64,000 bases of DNA from Paraspadella gotoi (taxonomy: Eukaryota; Animalia; Chaetognatha). The position numbers and the translations under genes were made by a program. Shown here one piece after another: positions 1 to 12,561 of the stretch. The notes under the pieces were generated by a model. The model was given only the letters and a program-made list of their open reading frames with translations, had not been told where the DNA came from and searched no databases. How positions within the stretch are numbered: position 1 is the stretch's first letter; each line of letters begins with the position of its first letter. The stretch covers positions 2,741,476-2,805,475 of the forward strand of contig JBJCIZ010000239.1 in assembly GCA_051294375.1 (NCBI GenBank). The letters run 5' to 3'.

Positions 1-464
1 TTACATTTGATTTCTTTCAATATCTTTTAAAAAATGTTCTTTTTATACTTTTCATAATCAATCATTTGTTAAAATTATGAATTGGTGTGTGGCTTAAAAA
101 TTAATTTTTAGTATGTACAAATTATATATACACTTTTTGTAAAAAATAGCTTCAAAAGTCTCTGTATATTTTCATAGGTGATGCACTTTGTCTTTTACCA
201 TTGCTTTAAACAATGTATGTTAAAAACAAAACTTGACTTCACATTCCATTTTATAATAGTATTCTCGAGCGCGAGATAGTCAAGGGAGGACCAAGATCTA
301 GTCGCAAGATCTCTAAGTCTACGGGAATGTACTTTTTTCTTTTATCATAATATAATATGATATTACAATTATTATTGATAATATTTCCCTCGTATCACAA
401 TTGGAATAAATCAGCTTAAATTAATTTGTATTTTTCATATTAATGATAATATATATAAATTATA

Positions 465-1385
465 ATGCCGAAAATAAAGACGCACGCGGATTCCCCGCCA
501 GCGGCGGCGGAGTCTCCCCCTCTTCCGGAATGTTTCCCGGAAATGCTTTCGGCTCCGGATTTGCGCGCGGCGTTGCTCCGATTCGGCGCTTCCGTCGATC
601 CCGGCGCGACGCACGAAGAGCTCCTTCGGCTTCACTACGAAATTCTCAACCCGAAACCTCAGCGGACAAAAACGCGGTCAAACAGAAGGGGACAGAAAAT
701 TCAACTCCGTCAAATTCGATCGGAGAAAAGAAAACGAAAATTGGAGACGGAAAAAGACTCTTTTTCGAAATCGAACAAATTCTCGCGAGCAGAATCCGTC
801 AACAACTCCGTCAACGCCCCTAACATTGCGGGTCCATTCGGTGACCGACTCGAACCTCCGCCGGGTCTCCGCGGAAACTCGGTCAAGTCGGTCCAGTCTT
901 TCTCCCTCGACTCTTTGGCCCACATTAAGATCAACGAGGGTCCTTCGAAAAAGCCCAAGGTTTTCGAAAGAATAACCGAGAGCTCCTCCTCGGTATCTTC
1001 GTCAGACTCTAAGACTCCTTCCCACCCAATTACCTCACCCGCGGTCGAGTGTAAATTTTGGGACATGTTCGGTTCAATTACCAACGGAATTCCCACGCTC
1101 CTTTGCGACAATCACAACAAAGTTGAGGCTCGAAAGTCATCCTCTCCGGAGAGACTTCGCTTAGCACCGAAAAGAGTTCTCAAACTAAATAGAAAAACAG
1201 TGCTTCCTTCGTCGGACTCGCCCGTCGTCGCCGCCAACGCCGCCAAAGTTTCCGTCGTATCGACGAAACGGTCCTTACACCGTGACGTGGACAGAGCTAT
1301 CTCCTCGGATTCTGGGTCGGACATGGACACCTCCGAGCCAGGGCCTCGAGAAACGAGGAAGATTACCAAAATTACTTGGCCGTAG
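465..1385 (+). CDS. C2orf49: Ashwin family protein (tRNA-splicing ligase complex subunit), single exon, 306 aa
   Basis: N-terminal PEMLS...L...PKPQR...NRRG, internal DRLEPPP and C-terminal KITKITWP match recalled Ashwin motifs (HPELLS, PLPQR..NRWG, DRLKPPP, KIQHVTWP). Confidence 0.8.
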   Translation: MPKIKTHADSPPAAAESPPLPECFPEMLSAPDLRAALLRFGASVDPGATHEELLRLHYEILNPKPQRTKTRSNRRGQKIQLRQIRSEKRKRKLETEKDSFSKSNKFSRAESVNNSVNAPNIAGPFGDRLEPPPGLRGNSVKSVQSFSLDSLAHIKINEGPSKKPKVFERITESSSSVSSSDSKTPSHPITSPAVECKFWDMFGSITNGIPTLLCDNHNKVEARKSSSPERLRLAPKRVLKLNRKTVLPSSDSPVVAANAAKVSVVSTKRSLHRDVDRAISSDSGSDMDTSEPGPRETRKITKITWP

Positions 1386-1950
1386 CGATTTAGAAACGTC
1401 GCGTTAATTCTCGCGACGTCTCGTTCCCGGGTTATACAGATCCAGCCCAAAGCACGTCTCTTTTTCTTTACCTTCCTTCCGATTGGAACCGTGATGGCAA
1501 AGTCGAGACTAAAAGTTAATGCCCAGATTTGGTCGAGAGCGATTGGGACCGAGAACCTTAGAAAAAAAAAAGAGAAATTGTCACGTGAAGAACTTTATTA
1601 TACGAGGAAAATCGGAGTTGAGTTTTTGATTATTTTTCTTCTTGAATTCAGAGTAATTTTTGGCTGATCTCATCGGCCTTGATCATCGGCTGTTGAAAAA
1701 AAAAAAAGTTTTATTTTGTTTACGAGATCAAAAATGCGACCAAATAAAGATTCTTTCACCGAGTTGACATCATTGACATTTGTTTTGTTTTCTTACTCGC
1801 TTTACTAACACGCGTTATCTCATCTCATACAGAGTACAAACGTTCCTCCAAACGGTTAACCGTGTTTTTGACAATGTTATTCCCGAAATGTGATTTCTCT
1901 TAAACAATTCCCGCCATCGGAGGGAGATATCCCGAATTCGAGGGATCGGA

Positions 1951-4169
1951 ATGTCTCCGGAAATCGCGATGGTCCTCTCCAAGTTCCGTCGATGGGTTCA
2001 GCGTTACGTCAACCCTCCAGTCTATCGTTTCTTTCATCCTCTGCCTTCTCGAGAGGTCTTTCACAAAAATCCTATTTTAGGAAAACTAAAATTCCTGTCC
2101 TTGTCAAATTATTCGCCCGCAGAACTGGCAATGTCTTGTAACGAAGTCGAAGGCTTCTTTTAATTCGCCGATTCTGCTGGCGAGGGGGATTCCCCCGTTC
2201 TGAATCTAAACGACTTTTCTTCCTTCCCCCCTCCCCCCAACCCGCAGCTCTCCATTTCCCGCGTCTACTTGATTTTCGCTTTGATGGTATTCCTCTTCAA
2301 CGAATACCTCTGTTTCTGGTGGGCTTTTTTGCAATGGCCAAACCTGGCGTCGATCATGCGCGCCCCCGACGCCGACCACCTCAGGGTTCTTTTCGTCGCC
2401 GACCCGCAAATCGTCGGGATGGAAAACGAAAATCACTTTTTCGGACCCGTCACCAGGCACGATATCCCTCCCCTGTTGATGTGTTGCTTGTTTTTGCTTT
2501 TTTTGCATATCAATCTAATTTGCATATTGTCGTGTTTTGATCAAGCATTGTTCGATTTTTGCTCTTTTCTTCTTTTATTCAATATTTATTTACATTTGAC
2601 CTTAATTTGAAACGTAAATATCAATATTTATCAATCTTTCGTAAATGACCAAGACTTAATCCTATTAAATGTAACAAATTTCGAAACTTAACTTACTGAC
2701 CGTTCCAATTTTTACAGATGGGATTCCGACAAGTACCTCCTCAAATCGTATTCGTTGGCGATGGGCTACGTTCGTCCAGACGCCGTGATTTTCCTCGGTG
2801 ATCTCATAGACGAAGGCAGCATCGCCACCGACGCCGACTTCCGACACTACGTCAAAAGGTTCCACAGACTCTTTCCCATCCCGTCCAACGTGAAAGTGGC
2901 TTACCTTCCTGGCGACAACGACATCGGCGGCGAGGGAAGGGATCAGTATAGGTTAGTGGGGACTGGGGAGGGGAATAAGAGGTGGTTTTTAGTCGCGGCG
3001 AGACTAAAGTTAAATAACTTAAATCTTTTTAATCGTACGTTTTCGGTAATCCAATGAAAAAGAGGCCGCAAAGCCTTTGAGCCTCTCCTTTACCAACGGA
3101 GAAACAAAAATTTAAAAGTTGATAGTTTCGTAAAACATTAAATTCTAATGAATTTAAAGAGCGCCGGGACTGATTATGTAATGGCTTTAAAAGCCTCCTC
3201 GTTTACTTTCCATTCTCGTTCACGCAGTCTCGAAAAGCAGAAACGTTTCGAATCACACTTCGGTGAATTCACGGGAATTCCGTTCACCGTCAAGTTCGTC
3301 GACTTCGTCCCAATTCGATTCAACTACCTCGAGGCTTTCGACGTGACGGGGAACGAGCCTCTCGCCGAACAACTCGCCTCGCCAATCAGAATCGTCCTCA
3401 ATCACTTCACAATGCTCAGATGCAAAGGTTGGTGATAGGGGGGCGTGAACCTTTGGTTTGAAGTCATTTCTTTTTTTTACTTTATTTTAACAATTGTTTT
3501 TATATTGTTTTACGGATTAGTTTCTTAAATTTTTTTAATGTTTCTATTTTAATGACGTTAGTGTCTTTTGTTTTTATTGTATTTTTCAGTTCACAGTTAA
3601 GTTTTTATTCTTTTACAGCTCTTTTTTTTTTTTCAAATCGTTACTGCTTTTTTGTTTTTGATATTAATAAAAATAAAAAGAGATTAGTTTATTGCCATCA
3701 TCTTCCCTCTTTGATTCTTCCCCTTTTATCATTTTCCCCATCTACAGCGAGTCGCCATCTCCTCAAGCGCGCCCCTTTGCACGTGATGAATCTATTCCGC
3801 TCCTCGTTGGCCTTCACCGGCGACATCCACAAGGCGCGCCACGACTCCGCCCTCGTCGCCGAACAGATCGAGTCGTGTCAATCGACGCCGCTCGGCGCCG
3901 CACGGAACCTCACCTCCTTCCGCCTCGCCCCCGACACGTGGCACGAAATCGTCACGCCCACCTGCAGTTATCGGATGGGCGTGTCTCACATGGGCTTCAC
4001 CGTGGCCACGATCGGCAGGGACGGTCAGGTCGACGTGGCCTTTCTCTGGCTGCCAGGGAGATTCGGTTATCTCTTCCTCTATTTGTTTCTCCTCATTTTC
4101 GCCGTCGTCCAGTTTATCTATTTCCGATGCGGAATGGGAAAGGAAAGACTCAAGCCCATGACTCCTTAA
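1951..4169 (+). CDS. Metallophosphoesterase 1-like (MPPE1/PGAP5/Cdc1 family) membrane protein, multi-exon; start codon uncertain
   Basis: N-terminal TM with NEY, motifs VADPQ, FLGDL, PGDNDIG, PTCSYRMG and a C-terminal TM. Exons about 2248-2456, 2718-2951, 3228-3427, 3748-4169. First exon inferred from ORF 1951-2163. Confidence 0.8.
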
Positions 4170-4607
4170 ACGATCCACGATGTTTTTTTAAGCATGCGCG
4201 TGTTTTTGGCCTGACGGGTTGGGTCTTTCTTTTCCCAGCTTGGTCGGGCGTTAAGTCATGCTTGTTTAGCAATCCAGTTTTTGTTTTGTTCATTGTTTTA
4301 GTTATTCTTATACACTTGACGTAATACAATTTTACTTTTGATTGTAATCGGCGGTCCAAAAAACACATTAACGAAATATTGAGTAAGTTATTCGTATTTA
4401 CTCAAATAGCTCAATAAACACGAAGACGTAAATAAACAGACGTAAAATCGTGTAGTGCTTTAAGACATATCAAGCATACTTTATTGCGCTTTATATAATG
4501 ATTTTTCCAAAGGCGAATCAGTTTACTTTCCTACATGTGCTTTTTTTTTTTTTTTAAATTATTCCTCAAGTTTTATGCAATAGAAGACGAATATACTTTG
4601 GCCCAAA

Positions 4608-5564
4608 ATGTCGCATCTACCTAATGCCTCTCCATCTCCCAATACTCTCCCGCCACAACCCCGTGCAACTGTTCCCCCTTGGCAATTCGTCGAACCCGGT
4701 CGCATTCCGAACGCCAACGTCAACTCTGCCCCTCCGATTCCACCACGAGGCTCTTCTTACAATCACTCTTCTCTTTTCTCCCCCTTCGCCTCTTACGGCT
4801 CCGTCGGTTCCCCCTTCTCTCCGTTCTCTCCCTACGGCGCCCCATTCTATGGCGGCGCCGGCGTGGGGCGCTCATTGATGAACGACGGCGCCTTCGCCTT
4901 TTTCGCCAACGAAAACGCGCGACCCGCTTTCGAAAAGGCGGAGGCGGTGGTGATGGCCGTTCGTTCGGTCTCGCTCATGGTGGAATCCACCTACCAAGCC
5001 GTTCGTTCCACCTTCTTGGCGGTGGTGGGCGTCGCTGACCACTTTTCAAACCTCAAGAATCATCTCGGTTCGATATTGTCCAGCTTGACTCTGTTACGGT
5101 TTTTTAAATGGATTTTGGATAGAGTGTTGACCTTTCTCGGCATCGAGCCTACAGGGTCTAGAAGCGCCATCGATTGGTCCGAAGCCTTCAAACGAGAGAC
5201 AATAGAGACTGTTTCGTCTAAGCACGTGGCGGTTTGGCCACTTTTGGCTTTTTTTGGAGTTGCCTTGGGAGCGCCCTGGATTCTTAGGCATCTGCTGCAG
5301 TCGACGCCTGCATCAACGGACGATGGTTCTTGGTCGAAAGGCGCAGGAGAACGTTACATCGCCAGAGCAGAGCACGGATTCCGCGCCGGCGCTGCGGATG
5401 AACTTTCATTCGATCAGGGAGACATTTTGATGGTGGCACCCAAGCATCTACAACCCTCTAACTCGAAAGGCTGGTTGTTGGCTTCGAAAGAAGGCGTCGG
5501 TAAAGGGCTCGTTCCCGTTAATCACATTCAGATATTGATGAAGAGAGAAAGCGAGTGTCGTTAA
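4608..5564 (+). CDS. PEX13: Peroxisomal membrane protein PEX13, single exon, 318 aa
   Basis: PPW and PPIPPR N-terminus, Y/G-rich region, AFEKAEAVVMAVRSVSLMVESTY...VVGVADHF Peroxin-13 domain, WPL...GAPW TM, C-terminal SH3 (ELSF...GWL...GLVP). Confidence 0.95.
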   Translation: MSHLPNASPSPNTLPPQPRATVPPWQFVEPGRIPNANVNSAPPIPPRGSSYNHSSLFSPFASYGSVGSPFSPFSPYGAPFYGGAGVGRSLMNDGAFAFFANENARPAFEKAEAVVMAVRSVSLMVESTYQAVRSTFLAVVGVADHFSNLKNHLGSILSSLTLLRFFKWILDRVLTFLGIEPTGSRSAIDWSEAFKRETIETVSSKHVAVWPLLAFFGVALGAPWILRHLLQSTPASTDDGSWSKGAGERYIARAEHGFRAGAADELSFDQGDILMVAPKHLQPSNSKGWLLASKEGVGKGLVPVNHIQILMKRESECR

Positions 5565-5783
5565 TGATGGGTAGAGTGTAATAGAATTTATTTTATTCTT
5601 CGTAATAATAATTATTTTGTAATATTGCAATTTTAATGTCTTGTTACATATGACGCAGTTTAAGCGGGCATTAGTTTTTTCCATGCCTGTAAAATTTAAA
5701 AAGCTTTTGGTTTCCAAATATTTGTGACCCCCCCCCCGTTAGGAATGTGATTTTGAATGGTCGCTAACAACTTAATATAAACC

Positions 5784-8700
5784 ATGGCTTTGGCCATTTC
5801 CATGGCCAACAGGGCCATGCGAGGCTTCGTTTCTTGCACGGCCATCGACGGCCGCCGATGCGTCCACGCTAAGGAGTCATCATCATCGGAGACACCTCTC
5901 CCTCGCGAGGCTCGCGTGGTCATCACCGGCGCTGGAGTGGTCGGATGCTCGGTCGCCTACCACTTGGCGGAACGTGGATGGAAGCAAATCCTCTTGCTCG
6001 ATCAGGGCCAAGTCAGCTGCGGCACCACTCACCACAGCGTAGGTCTGCTTGGCATTTTGAGATCCACTGTGACCGAAGGCAGAATCGCCCGCAAGAGCAT
6101 CGACCTTTACAAACGGCTCGACGAACTGGGCTACCACTGCGGCATCAAGAATTGCGGCAGCCTCCACTTGGCCTCGACCAACGACCGAATGATCGTTTTG
6201 CGGCGCAACGCGGCCATGGCCAAAACCCAAGGCGTCGACTGTCGAGTTTTAGCTCCCAAGGACATCGCCGACGTCCACCCGATGTTCAAAGAAGGTTTCG
6301 TCAACCTTTCCGACATCAAGGGCGGCGTTTGGTCGCCCGGTGATCACGTGGGAACGGCGCCCGACATCTGCAGTGCCCTCGCACGGGCCGCTCGGGACAA
6401 GGGCGTAACCCTGATCGAAAACTGTCAGGTTCAGCGAGTGAACACTCGCGTCGTCCGTAACGACCTCTCGCGCGTCTCCAGCGTCGAGACGTCAAAGGGC
6501 AACGTCAACTGCGAGTTTTTCGTCAATTGCGCAGGAATTTGGTCGCGCGAGTTGGGGAAGAAGTCGACTCCCAAAGTCAAAGTTCCTCTCCAGGCCTGCG
6601 AGCATTATTACCTGGTCACCAAACCGATCCCCGGGATCGAACCCATGATGCCCATAATCCGCGACCCCGACGGATTTCACTACGCTCGAGAATGGAGCGG
6701 GGGGCTCATGATCGGAGGCTTCGAACCCGTGGGCAAGCCGGTCTTTACCGAGCGAATTCCCGACGACTTTCAGTTCCAACTTTTGCCAAACGATTGGGAT
6801 CACTTCCAAATCATTCTCGAAAAGATTCTCCACCGGCTGCCGTGCGTGGCCGAAGCGGAAGTCAAGCAGCTCGTCAACGGACCGGAAAGCTTCACGCCGG
6901 ACACCAAGTGGATTTTGGGAGAGACGCCGGAGATACAAAACTATTTCGTCGCAACGGGAATGCACTCACTCGGAATCACTGGTAATAAAAGCCGAAAGGG
7001 ATTCGCTTGAGTAAAGTTATTCTTTCACGTGAATTTTCAATTTGGCAGCCGCCGGCGGAGTAGGTTCTATTCTCGCCGAGTGGATCATCGACGGGGAGCC
7101 CGAACACGACTTGTGGTCCTTCGACGTTCGAAGATTCGTGGGTCTTCACAACAACCGGATGTTCTTGTGCGACCGCGTGAAGGAGACGTTGGGGCTCTCG
7201 TACTCCATTCGTTACCCGGATCTCCAGTTTGAATCTAGTCGAGAACTGTTGAGGACCTCTCCTTTGTACAGTCGTCTGGAGGTCGAAGGTTTGTGGGCGA
7301 TGGGCGTTGAGTTAGAGATAAGTAGTTTACCTTTTATTTGTTTGTTTATTTGTTTATTTGTTTGTTTGTTTATCAGGCGCCAGATTCGGCGAGGTTTGGG
7401 GCTTCGAGAGGGCGCTCTTTTTCGATCGATCACAAATCGAAGAAGATTACGACGTGATGGCGCCGCCGCCTAAACCCACTTTCGGAATGCCCCATTGGTT
7501 TGACATGGTGAAAGAGGAGTACAGGACTTGCAGACAAAGTACGAATTTTTGATTTGTAAAGAAATAGTGTGTTTCTAAAATTTGTTTGACAAGCTTAGCT
7601 GGAGCCGATTTTTTTTTTATTAATGTAGGTGTGTCGCTGATTGACATGTCCTCTTTCACAAAAGTAGAACTGAAATCGACAGGAAGAGAAGTCGTAGACT
7701 TTCTTCAGGTCAGAGAACTTTTTTTTTTTTACTTATTTTCGCCGCGAATAAATTCAATTTTAGAATCAATCCCTGCAGTATATGTGTTCGAACAACGTGG
7801 ACGCTCCGGTTGGCACAGTCATCCACACTGGAATGCAGAATCACCGCGGCGGTTTCGAGAACGATTGCAGCGTTGTCCGTTTGGGGGAAAACCACTACTT
7901 TATCATCGCTCCTACCACGCTGCAGACGAGGATGATTGCCTGGTTAAACAGGCACAAGCCGGCCGATGGCTCCGTCGTTATTTCAGACGTAAGATTTTTT
8001 TTTATTGCTATGTCAATGGGAAAATTTAAAAAAAAAAAATAGTTATCATTATTATGAAAAGGTCAGTTTTTTTTAGATAAACTCTCCATGTCGGAGTAAT
8101 ATTTAATCATTTAAAATGTTTAAATAATTCTTAAGACAAAAAAAAATAAAATGAAAGTCTCAATAAAACGATTGAGGCGATTAAAAGACATGACTTCAAT
8201 ACACAAATAAGATTGCGAAACTTATCGTCACGACTTTTGTTACCCATCAGGTGACCTCCATGTACTCGGCCATCAACGTCATCGGACCCAAGTCGCAGGA
8301 AATGTTGCAGGAACTCACTGAGACTCGATTGGACCGAAAAAACTTTGGGTCCATGACGTGTAAAGAAATCAACGTCGCCTACGCGTCGGGAATAAAAGCT
8401 CTCAGACTCACTCACACCGGAGAAGATGGATGGGTAAGTTTAAATTTGACCACGTTAAATTAAATTACGATAGATTGTATTACTATTTTATGAGAGATTT
8501 AAATTTTTTTTTTTAGGTCCTTTACATTCCTTCCGAATTTTCCCTCCACGTTTACGACCGCCTCACTACTCACGGTCAGAATTACGGAGTTCGCAACGCC
8601 GGCTACTACGCCTTACGCTCTCTCAGGATCGAAAAGTTTTTCCTCTACTGGGGACAAGATTTGGATTCGAGGTACGATCAACAAGCTCGATCCTTCTTCC

Positions 8701-9203
8701 GTTCTTTTCAACACAAAATGATCCCTTGCCTCCGCAGAATGACGCCTTTTGAATGCGGACGCGAACACCGCGTCCAATTCGAGAAGGAGTTCATCGGCAA
8801 AGAGGCTCTCCTTCAGCAAAAGCAAAACGGCGTCAAGATCAAGTTCCTTCAGCTCGTTCTCAGGGACCACGACAAATTCTTAGACCCGTGGCCTTTCCGC
8901 GGAGAACCCATTTTCCGTAACGGGACCTACGCGGGAGTCGTCACCTCCGGCGCCTTTGGGTTCGGACTCGACAAACACGTCCTCATGGGTTACGTTCGAG
9001 ACATCGATCCGAAAACGGGCGAGTACAGACTCATGAAGGACAACAGCTTCGTCAATGCGAAGGACACAAAGTGGGAAGTAGATATAGCGGGAAAGAAGTT
9101 TTCCGCCAAGGCCTCGACTTATCCGCATCCCTTGCCACCGATCAATCCTCCTCATATGTACACGCCCACTTTGACTTCGGAAGCACGGACTTCCACCAGT
9201 TAA
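5784..9203 (+). CDS. PDPR: Pyruvate dehydrogenase phosphatase regulatory subunit-like (GcvT family FAD protein, mitochondrial), multi-exon
   Basis: Mitochondrial-type leader, GAGVVG FAD motif, GTTHHSVG, GPESFTPD, GLHNNRMFL, IDMSSFTK, HTGMQNHRGGFEND, THTGEDG, SLRIEKF, TPFECG; GT-AG introns restore the frame. Confidence 0.9.
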
Positions 9204-9805
9204 ACTTTGCTCGCTTTTGGTATCACTGTCGGGAAGAGAATTTTCGCCCCCCTCACATCGCTGGTTTACGAACAACACCGTAGTTAGTAGTAACTCGGGA
9301 ATTTAAGGTTTTCTACATAACTTTTGTTTTTTGAATCGCGGAAAAGACCGTTAGTTCTCAGGAAAGTAACATATACAACAATTTCAGTGAAAAATCATGA
9401 TTGTTGGCGCATAGTCGTTTAGAGTTATAGGCATAGATTCAGAATATAACAGACCAAATCTGTCTTTCACTTCTGAGATCAAAGACAGTCCTTAATTGTC
9501 CGCTTTGGTTTCTCACCTGTTTAAACCGATGAACGGTCTCAATTACAAGTTATGTACTATTTGTTCACGTTATGTTTTTTTTTTTAAATCTTTTTTTATT
9601 AAATTCAAATCGGATCTGCTTTTCTACTTTGTACAATCATGATCTCTTGAAGCGCTTTTTTGCGCCGCATGATAAGTTTAAAGCGTCGCGGATTTTTTTT
9701 TCCATTTGGATTCGCTTGTTTGCTAATTTTTTTTCAATTCCAGATGCGTTTTTTTAGTACAACTTGATATTTAAAATTTTTCCCAACAAAAAAAATCTTA
9801 GAGCG

Positions 9806-11312
9806 ATGGCAGAATCTTCGGATGACGAGAATGTTAACGAGGAATGGGTTTTTTACAAAGACCGACCCGAATGGGCCGACGTGACCCCAGTGCCTCAGGA
9901 CGACGGCCCTAATCCGGTCGTCGCGATCGCCTACTCCGATAGGTCTTTTAAAATGTCTATGTATGCCTTCTTTTTTTTTCCTTATCGTATTTAATTAATT
10001 CTCGTGATTTCCCAGATTTCGTGACGTCTTCGATCATTTTCGCGCCATTTTGCGATCGAGCGAAAAGAGCGAACGGAGTTTGTCCTTGACCACCGACGCC
10101 ATCGATCTCAATCCGGGGAACTACACCGTTTGGCACTACAGGAGGCTTATTTTAAAGGTAAATTCTAATTTTGTCTAAATTTTATCGTCGTTCATTATGT
10201 ATGATTGTATATATTTTCTTTTGACGAGGCTTTGGAAAAGGATTTGTACGACGAATTGACTTTCAACCGGGAGATAATCGAGGAGCATCCTAAAAATTAT
10301 CAAGTACGAAAGCTCTTTTTTTTTTTTTTTTTTACACTTTAAACATTTTAAAAATCATCATTTAAACTGTCTTATCGAAGTATTGACATTTTATACCAAA
10401 GTATTTCACACTTACGAATCAAGGTTTGGAATCACCGCCGCATTTTGGTGGAATGGTTACAAGACCCTCAATACGAGTTGCGTTTGGTGGAGATAGTCTT
10501 AGCCCGTGACTCCAAGAATTATCACGCCTGGCAACACCGTCAATGGGTGCTCAAGACCTTCGGCGTGAGTTTGACGTGGATTTACTTCTTTTCCCATTAT
10601 GTATGAATTTTTCAATGAATATCTTGATCAACTTTTTAGCTTTGGGAAAAAGAACTGAACTTCGTTGACCGACTGATCAAAGAAGACGTGAGAAACAACT
10701 CCGCTTGGAATCAGCGTCACTTCGTCATTGTCAACACCACTCGATACACCCCGGAAGTTGTGGCATCGGAGATTAACTACGCAAAGGAGGCCATCTTGAA
10801 GGCTGTGCATAATGAGAGCCCCTGGAACTACATCAGAGCTATCCTTCTGCAGGAAGTGGACGATTCAATGTTTCGATATCCAGGTTAACAGCTGAGCGAT
10901 CGAATATTTAACTTTAACGAACGACAATTGTAAGATATATATATATATATATTATATAAGATATATACAATCAGTTACGAACGAACTGTCGATATATCGA
11001 CAACGCGAGTTGTTCATTTGTTTTGCAGGGATACAAGAGTTCGTCGCGGATCTTCTCGATCGAGAAAAGAATCTGGACGGCCCCTTGAAATCCTCTTATC
11101 TCCACGGATTCCTCGTAGATCTTCTCGAGAACGAACTCGCCAATACGGACTGGAGCGATTCTCGGGAGGAAGAGAAGTCGGCCTTGTTGGATCGGGCCTC
11201 TCGAGAGTGCGCACTGTTGGCGGAGAGCGTTGATCCCGTCCGAGCCAACTACTGGAGATACGTGGAGAGATCTCTCAAAAACAAGCACGGCGTCACTTCC
11301 GAATCCGCCTAG
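9806..11312 (+). CDS. FNTA: Protein farnesyltransferase/geranylgeranyltransferase type-1 alpha subunit, multi-exon
   Basis: [87 protein letters not shown]. Confidence 0.96.
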
Positions 11313-11533
11313 TCCCTTTTTTTTTTATTTTCCGGCTTTTTTTTTTTTTAATTATTAATATTATTCGTTTTAAATTCAATTTCAATCGTTCTTCTTTTCG
11401 CCTTTTTATTTTTAACTACTTTTTTTTTCAGGGGATATTTTGACATGAAGATTTGCATGTAACAAAACTCATGATCGAGATATTTTCCCTTGAGTCGTCG
11501 ACGTCGTCCTGACCCCTCGCTTCCGCCGTTTCC

Positions 11534-12174
11534 ATGGAGACTCGTCTCCCCTACTTCACGGAAGGCGAGGTCATACGCGGCTTCGGTCGTGGGAGCAAAG
11601 AATTGGGCATCCCGACGGCCAACTTCCCCGATGACGTCGTGAATCAACTTCCCGACGAGATCACCACCGGGATATTTTTTGGGTGGGCCAAGCTCGAGGA
11701 CGAACCCGTCCGGGGGATGGTAGTTAGTATAGGTGCGTCTGGATTTGTTTCTTTCTTCCTTTATGAAACCTTTAACCTTTAACATTGATGTTTGTCTTCC
11801 CCATATTTCCAACCCGTTGTAACATTTAACAATCATTTATAAAGCCTTAAACATTGTTACATCGTCAAGATGTTGAATCCATAGTCTCCTCCAATCAAAT
11901 TTCCGCCCCCCCCCCAAAAGGCTGGAATCCTTTCTACAACAACACGAAGCGAACGATCGAAACTCACATCCTCCACGAGTACGACGAAGACTTTTACGGG
12001 TCCCGACTCAAAATCGCCATCGCGGGATTCATCCGCCCGGAAAAAAACTTTTCTTCTGTCGACGACCTCGTCGCCGAAATTCGCCACGACATCCGAGTCG
12101 CCGGGGAGAAGCTCCGCCTTTCGGAACACGAGGCGCTCAAGGCCGCGAAATTCTTTGTCGCCAACAAAACTTGA
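11534..12174 (+). CDS. RFK: Riboflavin kinase, 2 exons
   Basis: GEVIRGFGRGSKELGIPTAN, MVVSIG|WNPFYNN, ETHILH..DFYG, IRPEKNF; intron about 11733-11920. Confidence 0.96.
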
Positions 12175-12561
12175 TAAAGAGGCGCGGGGGGGGGGGATTG
12201 AGGATGGGGCAGTCGGGGAGAATCGTTGAGTCGAGGGCTATGATCGATGAGCTTGGATCGTTTTAAATTTTTCTTACGGGGTCGTCAGTCACCTCGGTCG
12301 TTCGTTTTGTTAAGTTGTCTTTAAACTTTAAATCTATTGAACATTATTCGCGTTGATTGACGATGTATGTTCACTGGAGAAAAAGAAATGATGGTAAAGG
12401 ACTTTTGCCGGCCTTAAATTCCTCCAATCCTATTTTTAGAAGGCCCACTGGCGTTTCTCGTTGATCTTCGTTAGTACAATTTTTATATAATGATTTTCAA
12501 TTATGATTATATTTTTTCAGATGCGAAAGTAAAAAAATCGTGTCCCAGGGAGGAATGAACA

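Noticed and set aside
1655-1678. Sm-site-like AATTTTTGG followed by a 7-bp hairpin (possible SL RNA or snRNA)
   Set aside because: No recognisable leader exon with a donor or snRNA body upstream; the motif is common in AT-rich DNA.
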